From the NCBI GenBank assembly GCA_035462575.1, contig DATHUD010000712.1:1-53287 (forward strand): a stretch of 53,287 nucleotides of DNA, written 5' to 3'. Within the stretch, counting starts at the first letter, position 1, and every line of letters begins with the position of its first letter. The DNA is from Thermoanaerobaculia bacterium. Lineage in GTDB: Bacteria > Acidobacteriota > Thermoanaerobaculia > Multivoradales > UBA5704. The notes under the pieces are model-generated. The model was not told the DNA's origin and ran no database searches. It worked only from the letters and a program-made list of their open reading frames with translations. Positions 45,025 to 51,088 of this stretch are shown here, in pieces. The position numbers and the translations under genes were made by a program.

Positions 45025-47991
45025 TTGGACCCTTCCGCTCTCTCCGACCTCGTCGCCCAACTCGTCCAGACCCTCGGACCCTACCTGCCGGCTCTTCTTG
45101 AAACGGGGAAGACCGTCGGAGGCAAGGCCGTGGAGGAGGTCGGAAAGAAGGCCGGCGGCGAGGCGTTCGATGGGGCGAAGAAGGTCTGGAAGAAGCTGCG
45201 GGGGAAGGTGGAGGAGAAGCCGGAGGCGGCCGAGGCGGTCCGCGACCTCGCCGAGGACCCGGACGATTCGGATCTCCAGGCGGCGGTTCGGGTCCAGCTC
45301 AAGAAGATCCTCGCCGCGGATCCCAGCCTTGTCGGGGAGATGGCGAAGCTTCTCCAGACCGTGGAGATCCACGGTTCTGGGAACGCAGTCGCGCAGGTCC
45401 GAGGCTCTCAGAACGTCGTCGCTCAAGGCAGCGGAAACACGGCGGGTGGGGCAGGTTCGTACGTCGCAGGGCGCGACTTCCACTTTCACACCGACTTCGG
45501 AAAGGCCGATAAAGACTCTCTCCGCAAGACCTATCTCTCCTGGGTGATGGAGCAGACGGGATACTTGGCCCTGTCGGGGGTGGACCCGGCCGTCAAGGCA
45601 AGCGACCGGGAGGCGCGGTTGAGCCTGGAAGCGGTCTATACAGACCTGCGGACTAACTCTTTTCGTCAAGAAGGAAATTTTTGGAGGTTGTTATCGGCGC
45701 TCGAGCAGCTCAACGAGCACCCCCGCTTGGTACTGCTCGGCGCACCCGGCAGTGGCAAGAGCACGTTCGTCAACGTCTTGGCTCTTTGCATGGCCGGGGA
45801 ATTATTGGGCTCCCAGGCTACCAATCTGGCTCTTTTGACGTTCCCTCTCCTGAGGAAACGCCAAGGGGAAGAGAAGGAGCCCCAGCCCTGGGATCATGGT
45901 CCGCTCTTTCCCGTGCGCGTCGTTCTCCGGGATTTCGCCGCCACTGGCCTGCCCCTTCCGGCCATCTCGGCCACCGCCCGGCACCTTTGGGATTTCATTG
46001 AGTCAACTCTTAAGGATTCGGGTGTCGCGGAGTGCTTCCCTCTCGTGAAGAAAACCCTTCAGGAGAAGGGCGGCCTGATTCTCCTCGATGGCCTTGATGA
46101 GGTCCCTGAGGCGGAGACCCGGCGGGAGCAGATCCGGCAGGCCGTTGAGAGCTTCGTGAGTGGTCTTGGGAAGAGCTGTCGTATCCTTCTCACGAGTCGC
46201 ACCTACGCCTATAAAAATCAGGATTGGGCTCTTCGCGGCTTCAAAGACGCGGAGCTTGCTCCTTTCGATTCCGTCCAGATCCGCCACTTCGTCTCCCGCT
46301 GGTATTCCCACATGGCCGCCCTGGGGAGGGTGAAGGCGGAAGAGGCCGAGGGCCGGGCTGTGCGGCTTGAGCAGGCGATTTTCAATAGCGAGCGCCTAAG
46401 GGGGTTGGCTGGGCGTCCCCTCCTCCTGACGCTCATGGCAAGCCTTCACGCGTGGCGGGGGGGGAGCCTGCCTGAGCACCGGGAGGAGTTGTATGCCAAT
46501 GCCGTCGAGTTGCTCCTCGACTCCTGGGAGCGCCAGCGGCTGCGGGTCAACGCCATGGGCGAGTATGAACTCCTCCAGCCGAGCCTCGCAGAGTGGCTCA
46601 AGGTGGATCAGCAAAAAGTCCGGCAGATCCTGGACGAACTGGCCTTCGAAATCCACAACGCCCAGGCGGATTCGGAGGGCACGGCCGACCTCCCGGAGGA
46701 GAAGCTGGTAGCTCGCCTCCTGAGCGTCAGCCGGAGCCCGGAAGCAAACCCCCTTCAACTCATCGATTTTCTCAGCCAACGTTCCGGCCTGCTAGAGGCG
46801 AGAGGCGTGGGAATCTACTCGTTTCCTCACCGGACCTTTCAGGAGTACCTCGCCGCCTGCCATCTTACGGGTGAGTCCTTCCCAAAGCAGGTGGCGGATC
46901 TGGGACGGTCCGGTCTAGGCCGTTGGCGCGAGGTGGTTCTGCTTGCCGGAGCCAAGGCTGCTCGAGGCTCCACTGCGAGCGTCTGGCAACTCGTGGAGGC
47001 CCTCTGCTGGCGGGAGGCGGACGATACTGCGGGTGATCTCGCGGACGCCTGGGGGGCTCACCTCGCCGGACAGGTGGTCGTCGAGTCCGCGAACCTCGCC
47101 GAGATCGCCGAGTGGAACCGCTCGAAGCTGGAGCGCCTCCGACGCTGGGTGGTGCGTCTGTTGCGGGACGAGAGGCTCCCAGCGGTCGAGCGAGCTCTGG
47201 TGGGAGACAGCCTGGCTCGGATTGGAGATCCACGGACCGAGGTGATGACGGTGGACGGGATGGAGTTTTGCGAGGTACCAGTAGGGAAGTTCTGGATGGG
47301 GAGCGTAGAGGTGGACTGGGAGGCTGATGGGAATGAGAAGCCCCTGCATGAGGTGGAGATCCCGTATACGTTCCGGATCGGCCGTTTTCCTGTCACCGTG
47401 GCGCAGTTTCGCGAGGCCGTTGAGACGGGCGGCGTCAATCTAAAGGGTCCTGGGGGTCTCAGCCAACCCGCAAACCGTCCGGTGACTCGAGTGAGCTGGC
47501 ATGAGGCTCAGGAGTTTTGTGTTTGGTTGACGCGGAAGTGGTGCAGGGAGGGGCGGATCGGGGTGGATTGGGAGGTGCGCCTTCCTACGGAGGCGGAGTG
47601 GGAGAAAGCGGCGAGAGGAATGGACTGCCGGCTGTATCCGTGGGGTTATAAGTTTGAGGCGGAGCGCGCCAACGCTTCTGAGACCGGGGTCGGCCGGCCT
47701 AGCGCAGTAGGGTGTTTTCCTGGCGGAGCTAGCCCTTTCAAGTGCGAGGAGATGAGCGGGAACGTCCGGGAGTGGACTCTGAGTCTTGTGGAAGAGTATC
47801 CGTATCGTTTCAGGGATCGCCTAGAAGTTTTTGAAGAGTATTCGGACAGGATAATGGTGCTACGTGGTGGCTCGCTCTTCAATGAATCCAAGCTCGTGCG
47901 GTGTGCCTGCCGCTTCAGAGACGTCCCGGACTTCCGGGAGGACGACATAGGATTCCGGGTCGTTGTTGCCCCATTCTCCTTTGAGCTCTGA
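45025..47991 (+). CDS. STAND NTPase: N-terminal helical module + NACHT domain + C-terminal FGE/SUMF1-like domain
   Basis: 988 aa. TTG start with AGGAGG 6 nt upstream. Walker A GAPGSGKST (aa 239-247), Walker B LILLDGLDEV (aa 351-360), FPHRTFQEYLAA. C-terminal RVSWHEAQEFCVWL, RLPTEAEWEKAARG, GNVREWT, LRGGS and DIGFRVV are typical of the FGE-sulfatase fold. It is visibly less GC-rich than the neighbouring genes. Confidence 0.9.
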   Translation: MDPSALSDLVAQLVQTLGPYLPALLETGKTVGGKAVEEVGKKAGGEAFDGAKKVWKKLRGKVEEKPEAAEAVRDLAEDPDDSDLQAAVRVQLKKILAADPSLVGEMAKLLQTVEIHGSGNAVAQVRGSQNVVAQGSGNTAGGAGSYVAGRDFHFHTDFGKADKDSLRKTYLSWVMEQTGYLALSGVDPAVKASDREARLSLEAVYTDLRTNSFRQEGNFWRLLSALEQLNEHPRLVLLGAPGSGKSTFVNVLALCMAGELLGSQATNLALLTFPLLRKRQGEEKEPQPWDHGPLFPVRVVLRDFAATGLPLPAISATARHLWDFIESTLKDSGVAECFPLVKKTLQEKGGLILLDGLDEVPEAETRREQIRQAVESFVSGLGKSCRILLTSRTYAYKNQDWALRGFKDAELAPFDSVQIRHFVSRWYSHMAALGRVKAEEAEGRAVRLEQAIFNSERLRGLAGRPLLLTLMASLHAWRGGSLPEHREELYANAVELLLDSWERQRLRVNAMGEYELLQPSLAEWLKVDQQKVRQILDELAFEIHNAQADSEGTADLPEEKLVARLLSVSRSPEANPLQLIDFLSQRSGLLEARGVGIYSFPHRTFQEYLAACHLTGESFPKQVADLGRSGLGRWREVVLLAGAKAARGSTASVWQLVEALCWREADDTAGDLADAWGAHLAGQVVVESANLAEIAEWNRSKLERLRRWVVRLLRDERLPAVERALVGDSLARIGDPRTEVMTVDGMEFCEVPVGKFWMGSVEVDWEADGNEKPLHEVEIPYTFRIGRFPVTVAQFREAVETGGVNLKGPGGLSQPANRPVTRVSWHEAQEFCVWLTRKWCREGRIGVDWEVRLPTEAEWEKAARGMDCRLYPWGYKFEAERANASETGVGRPSAVGCFPGGASPFKCEEMSGNVREWTLSLVEEYPYRFRDRLEVFEEYSDRIMVLRGGSLFNESKLVRCACRFRDVPDFREDDIGFRVVVAPFSFEL

Positions 47992-48023
47992 ACCCTCTGA
48001 CCTCTGAATCTCTGGACGGAGGG

Positions 48024-48049
48024 CCAGAGGGGGGCTTGCCCCCCTCTGG
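48024..48049 (+). terminator. GC hairpin downstream of the NACHT gene (11-bp stem, 4-nt loop)
   Basis: CCAGAGGGGGG-CTTG-CCCCCCTCTGG lies 33 nt after the stop. No U-tract follows, so terminator function is not certain. Confidence 0.5.
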
Positions 48050-48060
48050 GGCGGTGCGAA

Positions 48061-48206
48061 ACCTCACCCCGACCCTCTCCCATCGCCCTCCCTTCCTCCG
48101 GGAGAGGGCGCCCCCACCCTCCTCTGCGGGATAAGACCTCCTATCGTCTCCCTCCTCTCCCGGGGGGCGGGAGGGCGATGGGAGAGGAGGGCCGGGGAGG
48201 TGAGGT
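48061..48206. repeat. Nested-palindrome repeat element, copy 4 (subfamily B)
   Basis: ACCTCACCCCGACCCTCTCCCATCGCCCTCC...GGGAGGGCGATGGGAGAGGAGGGCCGGGGAGGTGAGGT. Inner arms CCGGGAGAGGGCGCC and TCTCCCTCCTCTCCCGG. Confidence 0.8.
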
Positions 48207-48266
48207 CCGGGCGGGCGGGGCGGCCGCAATCTGGCAAAGTAGACTCAAAGGCCCGGACATTTTGAT

Positions 48267-48285
48267 GACAAGATGATATCTTGTC
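48267..48285. promoter_or_regulatory. 8-3-8 dyad GACAAGAT-GAT-ATCTTGTC upstream of the Rpn-like gene (possible operator)
   Basis: Perfect palindrome in a locally AT-richer patch about 60 nt upstream of the ATG at 48343. No convincing -35/-10 pair could be assigned. Confidence 0.35.
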
Positions 48286-48342
48286 GCGCATTCCGGAACC
48301 TGAGCCCCGGTTGGGAGCGGGGCTCCAAGGGGAACGCCGCCC

Positions 48343-49251
48343 ATGCCCTCGATGGCCCACGAGATCCAGGTGGATCTCTTCAAGAACCGTCCGTCCCTCG
48401 CCGCCGAGATCCTGGCGGAGGTGCTGGACGTCCCGCTTCCGCCCTACAGCGAAGCGCGCCTCGCCTCGACCGACTTGACGGAGATTCAGCCGGCGGAATA
48501 CCGCGCCGACGCCGTCGTCGTCCTTTTCGAGCACGACGCCCCGGTCCGGGTGATCATCGTGGAGGTTCAGCTCGCGGCCGATCCCGGAAAGCGCCTGAGC
48601 TGGCCCGCGTACGTGACGGTCTCCCGCGCGATCCATAGATGCCCGGCGGATCTGCTCGTTGTCGCACCCGAGCCAGCCGTCGCCGGCTGGTGCGCGGAAG
48701 GGATCGAGATCGGCGTCCCCGGTTTCATCCTGCACCCGCCGGTGCTGCGCCGCACCGCCGTTCCGGTCGTGACGGACCCCGCGGAAGCGGCCCGCCGGCC
48801 CGAGCTCGGGGTGCTCTCCGCGATCGCCCACGGCGAGACTGGTGAGGGGGCGACAATCGCTGCCGCGGTACTTCCCGCGGTCCGGGAACTCGACGGTGAC
48901 AGGGCCAAGTTCTACTACGACCTTGTAGACAATTCCCTCAATCAGGCCGCTCGCCGGTCGCTGGAGGTGATGATGAAGGGCTACGAATATCAGAGTGATT
49001 TTGCGAAGAGGTATGTCGCGGAGGGGCGTGCTGAGGGTTGGGTCGAGGGGCGTGCCGAAGGGCGAGTCGAGGGGCGTGCGGAGGGGACGGCTCAAGCCGT
49101 GCTGACCGTGCTTCAGGCTCGCGGCATTACTGTACCGGACGCGGTCCGTGAGCGCATCCTGGCCCAGACAGACCCGGAGCGGCTGAAGCGCTGGCTGGAA
49201 AGGGCGGCCGTTGCCAAGTCGGTCGACTCGGTCTTTGACAAGCCGAACTGA
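48343..49251 (+). CDS. Rpn/YhgA-like PD-(D/E)xK nuclease-family protein with DUF4351-like C-terminus
   Basis: 302 aa. YRADAVVVL...VIIVEVQL is the D...E-x-Q/K nuclease core context. The C-terminal (A/V)EGR x4 repeat followed by VLTVLQARGITVPDAVRERILAQTDPERLKRWLERA is the DUF4351 pattern. The family call is by eye. Confidence 0.65.
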   Translation: MPSMAHEIQVDLFKNRPSLAAEILAEVLDVPLPPYSEARLASTDLTEIQPAEYRADAVVVLFEHDAPVRVIIVEVQLAADPGKRLSWPAYVTVSRAIHRCPADLLVVAPEPAVAGWCAEGIEIGVPGFILHPPVLRRTAVPVVTDPAEAARRPELGVLSAIAHGETGEGATIAAAVLPAVRELDGDRAKFYYDLVDNSLNQAARRSLEVMMKGYEYQSDFAKRYVAEGRAEGWVEGRAEGRVEGRAEGTAQAVLTVLQARGITVPDAVRERILAQTDPERLKRWLERAAVAKSVDSVFDKPN

Positions 49252-49280
49252 GGGGGGCCCCTACCATCGGGCTGAAGCTG

Positions 49281-49838
49281 TCAGAATCCGGACTCGAGAA
49301 CCCTCTTCCAAAGCGCAGAGCACCTCTCCGGCAATCGGGGAAGCTCCCTTTCGACCACCTCGATCAGCCTCTCCCGGTCCGGCCCTTCCAGAACCTGCAG
49401 AATGTCCCAGGCATCCTGGGGGCCTCCGGCGTAGAGCTTGAGGAGGATCAGGTCGGCAGGGCCGAGGATGGGCAGCTCCAGATCGGCGTAGCTCCTCAGG
49501 GGAGCGCGCTCGATCATCTCCCTCTGCCAGGTGAACTTGCCAATGACAAGGTCAACGGGCGGCTGGCCGGGGGTCTCGAACCGGGCAACGCCGGCCAGGG
49601 GATCGGTCAGGTCGCCCTTGGTGATCTCCACGTCCACACCTTGAGCATTGAGATCCGTCCAGGTCTGCCGGTCGAGGCAGGCGGGATCGAGGGCCATCAG
49701 GTCCGCGTCCAGGGTAGTGCGGTTCAATCCGTGGACGGCCATGGCCGACGCCCCGATCAGGGCGTGGGGAATCCCGCGCTTCCTGAGAACCCCGACGACC
49801 TGTTCGAGGAGTTTCAGCCGATGATCTCCGTCATGCAT
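49281..49838 (-). CDS. Nucleotidyltransferase-fold protein (minimal NTase, toxin-like)
   Basis: 185 aa. LIGASAMAVHGLNRTTLDADL gives the G[SA]...DxD NTase signature. The start overlaps the 3' end of a small upstream ORF by 25 bp. Confidence 0.65.
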   Translation of the reverse strand: MHDGDHRLKLLEQVVGVLRKRGIPHALIGASAMAVHGLNRTTLDADLMALDPACLDRQTWTDLNAQGVDVEITKGDLTDPLAGVARFETPGQPPVDLVIGKFTWQREMIERAPLRSYADLELPILGPADLILLKLYAGGPQDAWDILQVLEGPDRERLIEVVERELPRLPERCSALWKRVLESGF

Positions 49839-50035
49839 TTGGACGGGGTGCGGCCAGCCTGCCGCCGGCGCTGTAGGAGGCGGATCGCGGTTCGCCGGTC
49901 CACGCCTTGCGCCTGGCGGAAGGCTTCGAGGCCGATCTCGGCCATTTCCAGGGAACGGCGAATGCGTTCCTCCAGAGGGAGGGCGAGGAAGGCTTCCCGG
50001 TCCTTCTTCCTGAGATCGTCCGCCACGGAGCGCAT
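49814..50035 (-). CDS. Small helical protein, putative cognate antitoxin/regulator of the NTase
   Basis: 73 aa (MRSVADDLRKKDREAFLALPLEERIRRSLEMAEIGLEAFRQAQGVDRRTAIRLLQRRRQAGR...). It overlaps the NTase gene in a typical TA arrangement. The weak point is that AGGAGG sits 16 nt from the ATG. Confidence 0.5.
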   Translation of the reverse strand: MRSVADDLRKKDREAFLALPLEERIRRSLEMAEIGLEAFRQAQGVDRRTAIRLLQRRRQAGRTPSKCMTEIIG

Positions 50036-50061
50036 GGCCAAAGTATAGCCGCCTCCTACTC

Positions 50062-50466
50062 CTACTCCGGCTCCTCCTGCCTCGCCTGGAGCAGGAAACC
50101 GGTGATGGCGCCGCTCTGGTCGATGCCCCAGCGGATGGTGAACGGCGTGGGCGCTTTCGCGAAGCGGGCGGTCCGGATGTAGAGCCGGGTGGAGGCGCCG
50201 GGCGTCACCGTTTCGTCCAGGATGGCGGTCTCGGCCCCCGCGCTGTTCACGAAGTCCTTGCGGAGGTCGGCGAGGTCCCGGGCGCTTCCGATCGCCTCCC
50301 GCATCGGCATGGAGAAAAGGTCCCAGATCTTGGCGGTCTCGCCCGCGTAGAGCCACTCCGTGTACCGGCGCCCGGCCTCCAGAGCATCGACCGGCGCGGG
50401 GGGCTGGGCCTGGACCGGGAGGGCGAGGAGGATTGCAAGGAGGGCGGCGGTCCGGAGGGTTCGCAT
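50062..50466 (-). CDS. Hypothetical secreted protein
   Basis: 134 aa with a signal peptide (MRTLRTAALLAILLALPVQAQ). The remainder of the 342-aa track ORF runs through repeat copy 5 and antisense to padR. Confidence 0.6.
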   Translation of the reverse strand: MRTLRTAALLAILLALPVQAQPPAPVDALEAGRRYTEWLYAGETAKIWDLFSMPMREAIGSARDLADLRKDFVNSAGAETAILDETVTPGASTRLYIRTARFAKAPTPFTIRWGIDQSGAITGFLLQARQEEPE

Positions 50467-50497
50467 GGTGGAGGGAGTATAGCCGGGCGTTCCGCCC

Positions 50498-50634
50498 GGG
50501 CCCTCACCCCAACCCTCTCCCAGCCCCCTCCCATCCTTCCGGGAGAGGGAGCCTCTGCAACAGCAAAATCCCCATAAGGGCTCCCTCTCCCGGTCGGGGG
50601 ACGGGAGGCTGGGAGAGGGTTGGGGTGAGGGCCC
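50498..50634. repeat. Nested-palindrome repeat element, copy 5 (subfamily A)
   Basis: Outer arms GGGCCCTCACCCCAACCCTCTCCCAGCC and GGCTGGGAGAGGGTTGGGGTGAGGGCCC are perfectly complementary. Inner arms CCGGGAGAGGGAGCC and GGCTCCCTCTCCCGG. Confidence 0.9.
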
Positions 50635-50671
50635 GGGCCGAAGGCCCGGTGCGATCTCCCGCTTGAAGCAT

Positions 50672-50728
50672 TCCCCTTGACACCTTAGGGGAATCCGCCC
50701 TATCCTTTCCCCTGGACATCTTAGGGGA
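50672..50728 (+). promoter_or_regulatory. padR promoter with two copies of dyad TCCCCT-N9-AGGGGA (putative PadR operators)
   Basis: TCCCCTTGACACCTTAGGGGA (50672-50692) embeds the -35 TTGACA (50677-50682). TATCCT lies at 50701-50706, 18 nt downstream. The second dyad TCCCCTGGACATCTTAGGGGA (50708-50728) covers the predicted start site and SD. Confidence 0.6.
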
Positions 50729-50736
50729 GAGTCGCA

Positions 50737-51069
50737 ATGGCCAAGATGGATCTTCTGCAGGGCACTCTGGACGTCCTCATCTTGAAGGCGCTCTCGTGGG
50801 GACCGCTCCACGGGTACGCGGTGGTCCGCTGGATCTCGCAGCGGACGGAAGACGCGCTCCGGATCGAGGAGGGGGCGCTCTATCCGGCGCTTCACCGGAT
50901 GGAGGAGCGGGGGTGGATCGAGGCGGAGTGGGGGGTGTCGGAGAACAAGCGGCGGGCGAAGTTCTACCGGCTGACGGAGCTCGGGCGGCGCCAGCTCTCC
51001 TCCGAGTCGGAATCCTGGCAGCGCTACGCGGACGCGGTGGGGCGCGTGCTCCAGGCCGCGACGGCCTGA
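50737..51069 (+). CDS. PadR-family transcriptional regulator
   Basis: 110 aa. LDVLILKALSWGPLHGYAV...EEGALYPALHRMEERGWI...KFYRLTELG. Confidence 0.9.
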   Translation: MAKMDLLQGTLDVLILKALSWGPLHGYAVVRWISQRTEDALRIEEGALYPALHRMEERGWIEAEWGVSENKRRAKFYRLTELGRRQLSSESESWQRYADAVGRVLQAATA

Positions 51070-51088
51070 CCGGAAAGGGACGAACGCC

